Assembly (NCBI GenBank): GCA_963514005.1
Contig: OY740790.1
Location: 20,212,001 to 20,276,000, forward strand
Origin: Raja brachyura
Lineage: Eukaryota
Length of the DNA stretch: 64,000 bases
Direction of reading: 5' to 3'
This document shows positions 25,106 to 37,969 of the stretch, one piece after another. How positions within the stretch are numbered: position 1 is the first letter of the stretch; each line of letters begins with the position of its first letter. The notes beneath the pieces were generated by a model that saw nothing but the letters and a program-made list of their open reading frames with translations, was not told where the DNA came from and made no database searches. A program made the position numbers and the translations under genes.

Positions 25106-26049
25106 CACAGATTATAATTCAGGTGTAAACATTGTATTTTAACACTGTGACGTATAGAGAATTCTTCCACGCCGTAACAATCCCGCTCCTAATTCACAAA
25201 TTAGTAACAATATCACTTGGGCCTAAGTCTGATTTGAACCTTGAATGAAGTGAAGATATTGTGGAGCAATTCTTGCCAGGTGAGGAGCAGTGCCCAAAGG
25301 TCCCTGCTGCTAAAGAGACCCTCCAAAAGAGACACCACCTGCCTACCTTCAGGCTTCTCCATGCCTAGTGTGGAAAGTGTAGCTTTTTCTTGTCTAGTTT
25401 CTGAACTGCCCGGTTCACCCCATTCCCGACGCTCAGCCAAGGCCGACAGCTGCTTCCCACCCAATGCCGGCAGCGCGGTAATGAGGCCACGACATTGAAA
25501 TAGCTGTAGCCTCAAAAACTGCCACAGGCAACAGACAGGAATTTGACTCAAGTAAGTGGTTTCACACCAGAAACCAGCAGGCATTTAAAATACACCCCTC
25601 TTTACTGAACAAAAAGGTTAAAGGATGTGTTAAAGTTCATCGTCACTTGCCAATACAGTTATATTAATAGGTTCTGAGCATGAGTGTACATGTCCAGAAT
25701 TCACAGTCCAATTACAGTTTCACTTGTTGCTGTTGCTCTGCTGTTTGGAGTAAAGCAAGTCTCAGGGTATTAGTTTGTGGGAAACTCCCAATTCCTGCAT
25801 TAACCACATCAAAGATTAAAGAGATAGTGCAGTGTTGTTTGTGGAAAGTGAAGCCTGCTGACAAGCCAACAGCTAAGTGTTGGAAGCACTTCATTTTGAT
25901 GGATTGGTTGGCCTTGTGTGGCTAATGTCATGTTTCTTGTATCAAATGAGAGAAGGCAAGTGAAAATGATCACTTGGATTTTTATGCTAAGTACAGTATG
26001 CCTTTGTTGTGATGAAAATCCTGGCCAGAGATATGTTTAATTCTTAGTT

Positions 26050-26180
26050 GGAAAGAACTGCAGATGCTGGTTTAAATCGAAGGTGGACACAAAATGCTGG
26101 AGTAACTTAGTGGGACAGGCAGCATCTCTGAAGAGAAAGAATGGGTGATGTTTCGGGACGAGACCCTTCTTCAGGCTGAT
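26050..26180 (-). mobile_element. Penelope-derived short repeat
   Basis: gaactgcagatgctggtttaaatcgaagg...gtgatgtttcgggacgagacccttcttcag. Confidence 0.75.
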
Positions 26181-26366
26181 CTGAAGATCCTGTTGAGAAT
26201 TCCCATGACTAATACTTATCTCACATTAATTACATTCTGATTCACGCCATGGCAAATTATTTTTGTGCTTTTCTTATAAATTGCATTTAGTTAATAATTT
26301 TTCTGACTGGAAGTTTTGAATTTATTTCTGTCTTATCTGTTCTGAAAGTGGTAGAGTTCAAACTGA

Positions 26367-26925
26367 ACATAGAACATAGAACAGTGCAGCACTGGAACTG
26401 GCCCTTCGGCCCACAATGTCTGTGCTGAACATGATGCCAAGACCACTTTTATTTGCCTGCATATAATCCATATGCCCACATTACCTGCATCTCCGTGTGC
26501 CTATACAAATATCTCTTAGATGCCACTATTGTATCTGCCTCAATCATCACTTCCAGCAGCATGTTTCAGGTACTCTCACCTTCTGTGTAAAACAAAACTT
26601 GCTCTGCACATCTCCTTGAAACTTTGCCCCTCTCACCTTAAAGCTAACCCTCTAGTATTTGATATTCCCACCCTGGGTAAAGGTGTTCTGACTATCTACC
26701 CTATCTATGCCTCCCATTATTTTATATGCTTCTACCAGGTCTCCCTGCAACCTTCAGCATTCCAGAGAAAATAATCCAAGTCTGTTCCACCTCTCCCTGT
26801 AGCCAATACCCTGTGATCCAGGCATCATTCCGGTAAACCTTTGCTGCGCCCTTTCCAAAGCTTCCACATCCTTCCTGTAATGGGGCGACCAGAACTGCAT
26901 GAATACTCCAAATGTGACCCAGCTA
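26367..26925 (-). mobile_element. CR1 3' fragment
   Basis: (acataga)n tail; minus translation includes SHLEYS..SGRPITGRMWKLWKG (degenerate RPHLEYC region). Confidence 0.75.
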
Positions 26926-27296
26926 ATGAAAGTGTGGAAAATAATTGCTGTTCTGACCCTTGCAGGTCAAAACAGTAATTCTGCACCACACCTTCATCAC
27001 TTTGCATTCCTCTTTCTACCCAGTGCATTTTTTGAAGATACTTTAAGAGGGAAAATTTAACTTGAAAAACACAAAAAAACATTATTTTCAAATTCTAAGC
27101 TTGTTTGTCCAGTAAGCACTTTTTACTACAAAGCTTGGAAGGATTGTATGTAACAGGGTAATCACATCGGTGACTTATTGTATGCATTACTGGTCATTTG
27201 ATATAGATGTAAGTAATACTCACTCATCTTTACTACTAGTGAATGTAATCTGATCTATTTACATTCAAAAGGGGGGAAATGAAAAATACGAGAAAG

Positions 27297-27388
27297 AATG
27301 AAGGGTTTCGGCCCGAAACGTTGCCTATCTCCTTCGCTCCATAGATGCTGCTGCACCCGCTGAGTTTCTCCAGCTTTTTGTGTACCCA
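27297..27388 (+). mobile_element. Penelope-derived repeat, divergent subfamily
   Basis: gaagggtttcggcccgaaacgttgcc...gatgctgctgcacccgctgagtttctccagc; stem II differs from the main family but still pairs. Confidence 0.7.
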
Positions 27389-27647
27389 AGAAAGAACAAA
27401 AACTGAGTTTGTCTTGTTACAGTTCCCCTCACAAGTTTGGGGTATCTCACTGCTTCTTGCTCAGTGAGAGACTCCCTGAAGAGGAACTCAAGAGTAAAAT
27501 ACAGAAGCTGCAGGAAATCAAAACTAACACCTAAATATTCAGCACTCAAACAGCATCTGTGGTGAGAGAAAGAGAGTTCATGATTTTGATTAACAACTTT
27601 TCATCATAACTGGGGATAAACAAGAATAAACATGAGTTTTAAACTGG

Positions 27648-27932
27648 AACGGCACAGTAGCCCAGTGGTAGAGTTGCAGCCTTTCATCACCAGAGATCTG
27701 AGTTTGATCCTGCATACGGGTGCTGTTTGTACGGAGTTTGTACATTCTCCCTGTGACCACGTGGGTTTTCTCCAGGTGCTCCCTCCAAAGATGTACAGAC
27801 TTGTAGCTTAATTGGCTTCGGTAAGTTGTAAAATTGTCCCTAGTGTGTGGGGTACTGTAGGTGTTCGAGGTGATCGCTGGTGGACATGGTCTCGTTGGGC
27901 CAAAGGGCCTGTTTCCGCGCTGCATCCCTAAA
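27648..27932 (+). mobile_element. V-SINE
   Basis: ggcacagtagcccagtggtagagttgc...tacggagtttgtacattctccc...gggcctgtttccgcgctg. Confidence 0.8.
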
Positions 27933-30089
27933 GTAATGTAAGCATGAAGAGAAAGGAGGGTGGAAAGGATGGAAAAAATAGGAAGGTGTGTGCAACAGCA
28001 GGGTGATCAAATTACAAAAATAGATGACAGTGCAAGGCAAAAGATTGTAGTCATTGGGACAAAATGGGCAAATCTCAAGGTGGTGTAACTTATTAGAGGC
28101 ATGTAGAGTATGCTGGAAATCTGAAATAAAAATTCCATAGATATTCATTATCTGAAATAGTTGAGCTTGGGGTTATGTCTGGAAGATGATTAGGGCCAGA
28201 TAGATGTTGAGTTTACGTTGAACTTTGTTGGAATTCTGTAGGAGATTGAGGATGGACCAGTCAGAGTTGAATGTGGTGCAGGACTAATACAATATGCATT
28301 TCGAAGCTGTGTGTCATGTTTGTGGATTTAATAGAATGGCATAACATTGAAGTGTCAGCCTTGATAATGTGCACAAGTATCTATCTAAAACGGAGCTGGG
28401 CTAGGACTAGGTTGTGCAAGCTGCTGGGCTTCAGGTACCCTGTCTCGGCAATACCTGCTGGGCTTTTGGTTAATTGGTTTCAATGGTGAAAAGCATACAT
28501 TCTCCAGGATTTTTGTTAAAAGAATGTAAATCTGGAGAGGGTTGAGAAAAAGCAGGGCAAACAATGAGTGGGATTTCAGTCAGAGTACCTGCTGATAGGC
28601 AGTGGCAGTAGAAGAATAACCATGTGCTGTCATGCGGGGAGGATTAGGTGGGACTTGTCCCCAATTGGTCATCTGTTTGTTTGTTTTGTGTTTCCATGGT
28701 GTAAGCCCTTGGCTGCAGATTGAGCTTCTTAAATTGATTAAATATTGTAAATAGGGAAGGAAGGGAATCAATTGGCCATGCAAAGCATCTTCTCACACAA
28801 TGCAGGAACTCCTTTCTCTCTCTGCTCCTGGTAGTACTGTGGAATTGTGCAGTTGACCATCAGGGCACAGCAGTTAATTAGCTTCACAATGATGGCATTA
28901 TTAAGAGATTTGCACATCTAACAAGGGCCTGACAAGACTGACATTTTGGAAGGAAGTTTTTTTTTTTGCAAAAAAGCCATTAGCTTTGCATTGAAATAAT
29001 ATCACGTTGGTCCTTTGACATTCACTTATATTAGAAAAAACTTGGGCAAGACCTTTAGTGCCATGGAGTTATTATCACAGGTTAAACCGAAATCTCAGTA
29101 GGAAAATGTGACCCACTCTGGTGTTCAACTACATAGTTCAAGCAGGTTGCAAGTTCCAATCATCATTTGTGTTGGAGGAGCTTATTTCAGTCGCAGAAGC
29201 AGAAGTCTTGTAGTAAATCTCAACACCAACAGACTGAGGAGAGGAACAGAACTACCAGAGTATTCATTCTATTTATCATATATCTATACACTGTTATTGC
29301 ATGTATTGTAATCATGTGTTGTCTTTCTGCTGACTTGTTAGCACACAACAAAAGATTTTCACTGTACCTCGGTGCAGGTGACAAGAAGCCAAACTGAACT
29401 GAACCAGAAATGAGCACTTGACTTGCACTGGAAGGTACATCTCGAGGGGCTTTTGCATGAATTTAAGACAGAGCTTGGCAGTGTTGCTTCTCCCTATTGA
29501 GCAATCCAGTCCCTCACTGTCTTGCGTTGTTCACACTGAATGTCTGGAGAAATCAGAGACTGCAGATGCTGGAATCTGGAGCAGAAACAATGGTAGCCGG
29601 TCAGGCAGCACCTGTGGTGGTGAAGGGACAGTCAATGTTTGTGGCCGAGACCTTGCAACATGACTGAATACTGAAGAGGAGACCTGATAGAAGTATATAA
29701 AATAATAAGATGCATAGATGCTGGGAGCTGCTGGCATCCATTAGATGCATTCCAGCATGGTTTGGTGCTTACAGTAGGTGAAAGGAGGGGTAGAGAAGAC
29801 GTATGGCATTTAGTACTTGTATAAAGAAAAATAATGTCAAAATAGATCATGTAGAAGAGATGTGTGGTGAGTTGATAATGGCCTCAATTAGATGCATGCC
29901 TCCAGGGTTGGGAAAGTAGAAATTTGAGATATTTATACAGTATCATATTTTACTGTGGGCATCAATGGCAGATGTTATCAATTGGTTGTAAGTACATCAT
30001 TCATAAATGGATTTGTGCAGTTTGTGTTTTCGTTAAAAATAGGATTTTTCCTTCCTATTAACTTAGATTCTGTAATTCCTCATGAATCT

Positions 30090-30366
30090 GTTTAGTTTAG
30101 AGATTCATCGTGGAAACAGGCCCTTCAGCCCACCAGGTTTGCACCGACCAGTGATCTCTGTACACAAGCACTATCCTACACACTGGAAACAATTTACAAT
30201 TTTACAAAAGCCAATTAACGTACAAACCTGTGCATCCTAGGAGTGTGGGAGGAAATTGGAGCATAGAACATAGACACTCCGTACAGACAGCAACCGTGGT
30301 CAGGGTCCAACACTGGTCTCTGGCGCTGTAAGACGACAACTCTACCGCTGCGCCATCATGCCACCC
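30090..30366 (-). mobile_element. V-SINE
   Basis: Reverse complement of the family with gtttagtttagag tail. Confidence 0.8.
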
Positions 30367-30718
30367 CAATTCCTCAGCAAAATAAGAGTTAGCTGCGTCA
30401 GTAGATGTGATCGTCATGGACAGAGCCGATCATGCCTCCCTCATTTCTAACCAGTTGCCCGTACACCTCCGCAGTTAGAGTGTATTCTTTGACTCCATTG
30501 GTAGCTCTGTGCCTCTCAGTCAATATGCTACAGGTTCACCTCTTACTATGAAGCACTAAAATATAGACTGAAACTTTGGTGCAGCGCTGTAAGTACTATG
30601 CATTGTCAACGTTTCTTTTTGGGTGGGACTATTAAACTAAATTTCCATCTTCTTTCCCTGTTGAGCCGTAAAGACTCTACAGCACAATTCTGAAGAAGTG
30701 CCAGGGAGATTCTTCCTG

Positions 30719-30848
30719 GCTGAAGAAAGGTCTCGATCAGAAATGTCACCCATTTCTTCTCTCCAGAGATGCTGCCTGTTCCATTGAGTTACTCCAACTT
30801 TTTGTGTCTATCTTCGGTTTAAACCAGCATCTGCAGTTCCTTCCTACA
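30719..30848 (+). mobile_element. Penelope-derived repeat beginning at the hammerhead core
   Basis: ctgaagaaaggtctcgatcagaaatgtcacc...catctgcagttccttcctaca. Confidence 0.75.
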
Positions 30849-33256
30849 GATTCCCCCATATCCTGAGGCCAATAGTTATTACTCACTCGACAGATTATCT
30901 AGGATTGAACCCACAACCTTCTGACTAGACGGCAGAAGTTTCCCAACTTGAGCCAAAGCCAACATGGGGGGGGGGGGGGAAAGCAAGCAACAAATGGACA
31001 GCTTGCTTGGCGGAGAAGAGGGTCCGGGGAAAACCGAGCCCAGCAATGATTGACCTCTTCAACACACTGCCTTCAGTAGCAGCTGTCATGGCAGGGATTG
31101 CTGTTGGTGCAGGCTTGCAGGGGAGGGGGAAAGGTGCAGGCTTGCAGGGGAGGGGGAAATTGTCATTTTTGTGCTTTGGGGGTGAGGTGTAGACTTTTCC
31201 AGGATGCACACAAATGAAATACACTTTGATTTCATGTTTCATGTGTCTTGTTGTGGTTTATGACTCTTGGCAGACCAATTTCCCTCCTGGAATAAATAAA
31301 GTTCCATCGCATCGCATCGTACACGTGTGCTGAGTTCCCTCATTATAATGTAATCAGCACAGTTTAATGCATTGTATGTTAATTATAACACAACACAGTA
31401 AGGCACTTCCAAGACAAGACATGCTTGTAATTGAGGTAAAGTAGTAGACCTCCCAGCATATCCGACCTGTTCCATACAATTGTTCATTTAATTCTTCTAT
31501 CTCACGAAAGCTATGAAATCTCCCGGGAGTTGTGTAAAACCCAGGACAGTTAAGTAGGAACAATATCTGAAAAATCCTGGCTGTGCCCATTCTAATGAAA
31601 AGTAGACTCTGACACCACCCTCAACTAAATAGAGTAATCAGAACATCCTCCTCCTTTACAGGGTCATCTTTATCCCAGTTCTTTCTTGGAGCCTAGTTGT
31701 CTGTTTGTGTTACTGGAGATTGCTGTTCCATAATTTTCTCTCGCCTTTTCTCCTTGCAATGTGTGTCATTCCAAACTGGACTTGAAAAGGGGAACAGCAG
31801 CATCCCCTGTGGGGAACACCCTTGCACAGCAGTGGCCGAGCAGGGGACACCTGGATCTTCACCCAGAAGCCATGAGGGATGTTGGAGTATTGGCAAGAAA
31901 GATGGTGCGTTCCTTGCACCAGATGATGCGTCATCCCTGTCCTGCACTTGTCCTTCTCGGGGAAAGGGGCTTTAGTTTTATATAGTCCAGTGATAGAGCT
32001 TTGGAGGCATCTGCAGAATGAGAATCGGGCAAAGTATTAAATCAGCAACCCTTTGTCAGAACTGATGACCACCAAGACTATGGCTATTTATGACCTTAGA
32101 TAGGAAGTAGTTAAAGCCACAACGAACGTGCAGATGCCAGGACCCATGGCAATTTTATGGAAGAATTAGAAGAAAAGCATATGAAATTAATGAAGATGAA
32201 AGCAACCAACAAGTTGCTACCCAGCATGTTTTATGTAAGGTTAAATTATTTCTATTTGGCAATGGCTCAAATGCATGGCATCCTTGCATTTGGGATCCAA
32301 CATTAACCTCTTAATACTTAACTTACGAGTTCACCTTGATGTGTAGACTGCAGGTGCATTTTTACAAGAATTGTGGGCCAGCTGGTATTCACTGGAGGTA
32401 TGTGGACAAGGAAAAGATTGCAGAGTTTTCAATGAACATATTTTTAAAAGACTGTTAAACACCAAGTACAAGGGCTTAACAATCTAATTAAATGCTTTGA
32501 AGGTGTAGCCTAGAGGCAATGATTTTAAATTCATGAAACTTGTATTTGCTTATCTCCTGGCTCAGATGTAAGATTGTTCCACATTTAGCGCCAGTACATG
32601 GAGCAGGTCGCAGAGTACTCAGACAACTGGCATATCCAATTAATAGCAGCCTTTGATATACCTTTAAGACTAGTTAGCATTTTGAAATTAGATGGGAATT
32701 AAAAGTTCTCTTTTATTTCATATTTCCTCCAACTGCTGTTCTGCTTCTCACAGTTCCAGGATTGATGTTCTTGTGCTTTTCTCTCGAAATACCCAGACTC
32801 ATTTTCATCTTCTTACACTAGCATAAACGGCATCCAAACCAACCATGTCACAGGGACCATTCCCTATCTGTTCTCACTACCACTCCGCTCTCTGGAATTT
32901 AATACACGCATTTTTTCTCATTTTCCGAATTGTGATAAGAAGTCGTTGATTTGAAAAAAAAAACCCTATTTTTTCCCCCTCGCCGGATGCTGCCTAATCT
33001 GCTGAGTAACCTCCAACATTTTCTACATTTAGTTTGGTGGTGGTACTTGAACGACCCAAATTAAGGTGCTATGATTAAATGTGGGATTGGGACAGTTAGT
33101 GGTGCATGTCTGCCTTCAGTTCGCTACATCCAAACGGCAGTAGGCAAAGGCTGTCTTCCCTCCATTTTTCTAGATTTTCTTCCCCTGCTTCTCTTCCTCG
33201 TTAGAGTCATAGAGTGATATGGTATGGAAACAGGCCCTTCAGCCCAACTTGCCCAC

Positions 33257-34505
33257 ATGACATTGGACACAAACTTGCACAAATTGATTGAAGTAGGATG
33301 TTTGCAGGCAAAAGGAAATCTGGAAAGTGGAATAATATTGAAAGTGTGATAGTAAGAGTTCCTGGTATGCATGTTCCTGTTGGTGTGAAGGGCAAGGCAG
33401 CTGGTAGTAAGGAATCCTGGATGATGTGAGAAACTGTGGCTCTGGTCAGGAAAAAGAAGGAGGCATGGGTCAGGAAAAAGGAGCTAGGATCAAGTGCAAG
33501 GGATTGAGGAGCATACTGAAAAAGGAAATCAAGAGGCAAACAGAGGGCATGAGATAGCTCTGGCAGATAAGATTCAAGAGAATTCAGGAAAAAAGGGTAA
33601 TCAGAGAGAGAATAGTCTCTCAGAATCCATAATGGTCATCCATGTGGAGCCGCAGAAGATCAGCAAGGGTCCTCGATGAATATTTTCAGCTCCGCTTTTA
33701 CTGCGGAGAAAGACATGTAGCCCAGGCAACTTGTGAAAGTTCATGACAATGTCTTGAGGACAGTCTGTATCACAGTCAACGAGGTGTTGGATGTTTCAAG
33801 ACATATGAAGGTCTCCCAAGTCTGATCAGTTATAATTAAGGACATTGTGGGAAGGAAGAGAAAAAAATCTGTAGAGTCTTGGCTGAGGCACACGAATCAT
33901 CGTTGGACATGGGGGAGGTGTCGGAAGACTGGAGGTTGGCTAATGCTGTGTCTCTTTTCGAAAAGGGCAAAGGAAAAACTTGAGAACTCTAGACCAGTAA
34001 GCCTAACATCTATGGTAGGAAGGTTATTGGAGAAGATCCTGGGGGATAAGTTATGCTTTTGGAAAGACAGGGGTTTATTAGAGTTTGTCAACATGGTTTT
34101 ATGCATGGGAGATTGTGTCTCACAAACTTGATTGAGTTGTTTGAAGAAAAAGCTTGTTGAGGGCAGATTTATAGATATAGCCTTTATGGACTTCAGCAAG
34201 GCCTTGGATAATGTTCAGCAAGTTTCATTGCTCTGGAAGGCTAGAATAAAAAATTTAAGGATCTAAATTTAAGGATCAAGGGGAAGAATTTAATAAGAAC
34301 CTGAGGGGCAACTTTTTTCCACACAGAGGAAGATGGCTATGTAGAACGAGCTGCCGGAGGATGCAGATGAGGCAGGGACAATAACAAAGACATTTAGGTA
34401 GATAGGAAAGGTTAGAGGGTTATGGGCCAAATGTGGGCAAATGGATGGGGCAACTTGGTCAACATTGACAAGTTGGGCCAATGGGCCTCTTTCCGTGGCT
34501 CTCTA
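33257..34505 (+). mobile_element. Old CR1: ORF2 linker to early RT, then internally deleted to the 3' end
   Basis: FSKRAKEKLENSRPVSLTSMVGRLLEKIL; FMDFSKALDNV; CR1 3' UTR at ~34260-34505. Confidence 0.75.
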
Positions 34506-34763
34506 GCAGCTGGAGATGGCAAAGTGAAATGAGCTACACTGAGGTACGATTCCTTCAGCACCACTCTTGCGATTGTTCTCAGTGCTAATATAAGGACAGG
34601 TGGAATTGAAACAGCAGTCGCCATTGCTGCCCCTTGAATCTGCACAAATCAGGAACAATATGGCTGACCCGCTCCCTCATGCCTCCTTTGCACGTCATCC
34701 TCATATTACTTATTCCTCGCTTGTCCAAAAATCTTTCAATCTCAGCCTTGGATATATATGCAA

Positions 34764-34884
34764 ACCTGAATGGCTGGGAGTCAAGGGGTGTGTGGCCCTG
34801 TTGGAAGGTGAGGAATGAGACCTGAATGGCTGGGAGTCAAGGGGTGTGTGGCCCTGTTGGAAGGTGAGGAATGAGACCTGAATG
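34764..34884. repeat. Perfect 56-bp tandem duplication plus 9-bp microhomology
   Basis: acctgaatggctgggagtcaaggggtgtgtggccctgttggaaggtgaggaatgag x2, then acctgaatg. Confidence 0.95.
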
Positions 34885-35231
34885 AATTCATCTGATGACA
34901 AAGTAGAAACATTAATCATATCAAAAACAGATTCCTTATTGCTTGCCAACCTGGACTTAATGTTCCATTTCATGTTAATGGTTTCAAAATTAACATTACC
35001 GCTTTGTGAATATATATTTTTTCTTTTATGCAATTCAAATTGAAACTCGGACTGAAACCATCAGCTGGCTTTTGGAACTTTTCAGTGATGAGGGAATGAT
35101 ACGGCAGTTAAGACAACGTCTTCTAAAGCTGTCATCAATTAATTATTGTATTGATTATATTTATGAATCAAACCTGCCACTGGACTAGCTTTAAATAATG
35201 TCATGTAGCCACTGGTTGTAGCTTCAGAATG

Positions 35232-35535
35232 CGGCACGGTGGTGCAGTGGTAGAGTTGCTGCCTTATAAACACCAGAGATCCGGGTTCGATCCTGACTAT
35301 GGGTGCTGTCTGTACGGAGTTTATACGTTCTCCCCGTGATCTGCGTGGGTTTTCTCGGGGTGTTCCGGTTTCCTCCCACACTCCAAAGACATACAGGTTT
35401 GTAGGCTAATTGGCTTGGTAAAATTATAAATTGTCCCAAGTGTGTGTAGGATAGTGTTAGTCTGTTGGTCGATGCAGACTTGGTGGGATGAAGGACCTTT
35501 TTCTGAGCTGTATCTCTAAACTAAATTTAACTAAA
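35232..35535 (+). mobile_element. V-SINE
   Basis: ggcacggtggtgcagtggtagag...gggttcgatcc...(ctaaa)n. Confidence 0.85.
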
Positions 35536-36042
35536 CGGCAAGTCCCAGCAGGAAATGTCCAACTTCATGGCAAATGGCTGAGAATGGGGGATGGAAAAAT
35601 CTAGTGGAGTAGAACAAATTCCTTTCCTTGGTGGTTTCGGCGAAAATGAACAGAAATGAACCGTGTGATCAGAGAACTCATTTCCTGCTTAAGCTGAATT
35701 AATTGGCTCTCTCCTCTGCCAGGGCACAGGAGGCAATCAATTGGCTTCACAGGTTAGAAATAAGTGGAAAGAACATTGCCCAGATTTTATGTAGAAAGCT
35801 TCCCCCAGTCAAATAATTTACTGACTTTGCCCAGAAAATGGAATATGGGAGAGGCAGAAAAGGAAACAATTGATCTCACGTGCAAAAGTTATCACACCTG
35901 TCTGAGAACAGACTGTTGTGATCTTCCACAGTCTTCATCCCGCAACCCACACATTATACATTGGGCATTCATAATTACATTCAGAGTTCGAAGGTTACGC
36001 GACAAAATCTGGACAATTTTCAAGAAAAGAACAATTTAAATA

Positions 36043-36343
36043 GGGTTGCACGGTGGCGCAGCGGTAGAGTTACTGCCTTGCAGCGTTTGAGACCCAGATT
36101 CGATCCTGACTCCGGGTGCTGTCTGTACGGAGTTTGTACGTTCTCCCCATGACCACGTGGCTTTTCTCCGGGTGCTCCGGTTTCCTCCCACATTCCAAAG
36201 ACATACAGGTTTGTACATTAATTGGCTTTGGTAAAAATTATAAATTGTTCCTAGAGTGTTGGATAGTGTTAGTGTACGGGGATTGCTGATCGATGCGGAC
36301 TCGATGGGGCAAAGAGTCTGTTTCCACGCTATATGTCTAAACT
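36043..36343 (+). mobile_element. V-SINE (a second tail fragment lies at ~36483-36550)
   Basis: gcacggtggcgcagcggtagag...gattcgatcc...tgtacggagtttgtacgttctcccc. Confidence 0.85.
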
Positions 36344-37629
36344 CAATGAATTCATGAGGAATTACAGGACCTAAGTTAATAGGAAGAAAAACTAAAGCAT
36401 TTGCAACAAAACCACAAAATATACATATCCATGCATGAATTATGTAGTTATAACCAATTGATAACACCTGCCGTTGATTCCGTCTGGTCAGTGTCGACTC
36501 GGTGGCCTGAAGGGCCTGTTTCCACGCTGTATCTCTACAGTAAACTAAACAATTAGATAAATCACGTAACATTGGTGTTTTAAGTCTTTACTTGAAAACG
36601 CTTGTTGGCCAAGCTTTATCTCAGTTGAACAAATTTCTTCCTAGTCTCCGTGTTCAGTTGTGCCCAGTTGAACACTTCTGAAGGACCCTGGGACATTTTC
36701 TTCTGTTGAATGTGTTTATGCAGACACACGTTATTGTGAATGGAAGGTGATTGTTGGCACAGACTCAGCGGGCTGAAGTGCATGTTCCTGCACTCTATGA
36801 ACTTTAGACTCTTTATTTTGTTCTGAAGATGCATGCAGTATCTAGGTCAGCCACCTTAGCAGACCTTGCATGCTTCATAGTAACCAGAGCAGTGTGAGCC
36901 TTGCAAAGGCATCAACCTCGTGTACGTCCCACTAACGTTCCACTCCCTGTGATACAGTCAACAGAACAAAAGTGTATGTTTGTAAAATCTAAATGCAATT
37001 AGTCAGACTTTGGGTCTTTATTTGAGTAGTTCAGGAACAACATCAAATTTATTGCTAAGGTGGCTGAAGTTTTATCACCAATGTTGTTTCCACCATAAAC
37101 TGAGAACAAACTAAACTTAATTGGCTCCAGGATAATGGTGATATGAGCGCTGGTCAGCCACTTAACAGTTAAACTATTCCGCATGAACAAAAGCTGACAA
37201 AGGAGAAACAAATCTGGCACATACAGTTACATATTAGCAAATGAAAGGTTCAAACCTCATTACTGTGGTTAATTGGAAACACAGGGATGTTTTCATTGTA
37301 AACATTTCATATCAAATAGTTCATCTTGGACTTACTAAAGCTAAACTGGGCATTAACTCAAAATAATTATTGGGCTGTTCAACCAAGGTAGAAATAAACC
37401 ATGCTAAATGCAGATCATGAGATCCCGGAGATGGATGATTTTAACCAAGTACATTGAAGTAAAATTAAAGTTAATTGTAACTTCTAACATTGCCTGAATA
37501 CCTGATCAATTGACCTCTAGCACAACCAGAACCTGACAGTGTGAGGATGACACTTTTGAATTGTGACGTAGGCAGCAATGGCTTGGAACAGGCACTTGGG
37601 CACGATTCATGTCATGATCACCCCAGCCA

Positions 37630-37969
37630 TAATAGGCTGGGGTGCAGAAGGATGAGGGGCGATCTTATAGAGGTGCATAAAATCATGAGCGGAATAGATT
37701 GGGTAGCTGCACAGAGTCTCTTGCCCAGAGTAGGTGAATCGAGGACCAGAGGGCATAATTTTAAGATAAAGGGAAAAGATGTAATAGGAATCTGAGTGAT
37801 AAGTTTTTCACACAAGGGTGGTGGGTGTATGGAACAAGCTGCCAGAGGAGGTAGTTGAGGCTGGAACTATCCCAACAGTTAGAAACAGTTAGACAGGTAC
37901 ACAGATAGGACAGTTTGGAGCGATATGGACCAAACACGGCCAGGTGGGACATGTTGGGCAATTTGGGCT
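37630..37969 (+). mobile_element. CR1 3' fragment lacking its terminal tail
   Basis: RRMRGDLIEVHKIMSGID...ESRTRGHNFKI; stops abruptly at gggcaatttgggct. Confidence 0.8.

Noticed and set aside
25213-25584. 123-aa minus-strand ORF / possible exon
   Set aside because: No recognisable protein similarity and no convincing splice-site pair; open frames on both strands suggest chance or an old repeat.
31693-31985. Cluster of overlapping short ORFs
   Set aside because: No recognisable motif or clear exon boundaries.
35232-35300. tRNA gene-like sequences (also 4048, 10739, 36043, 61769)
   Set aside because: A/B boxes continue into SINE bodies and tails; these are SINE heads, not tRNA genes.
36036-36572. 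178-aa ORF
   Set aside because: Antisense read-through of V-SINE sequence.
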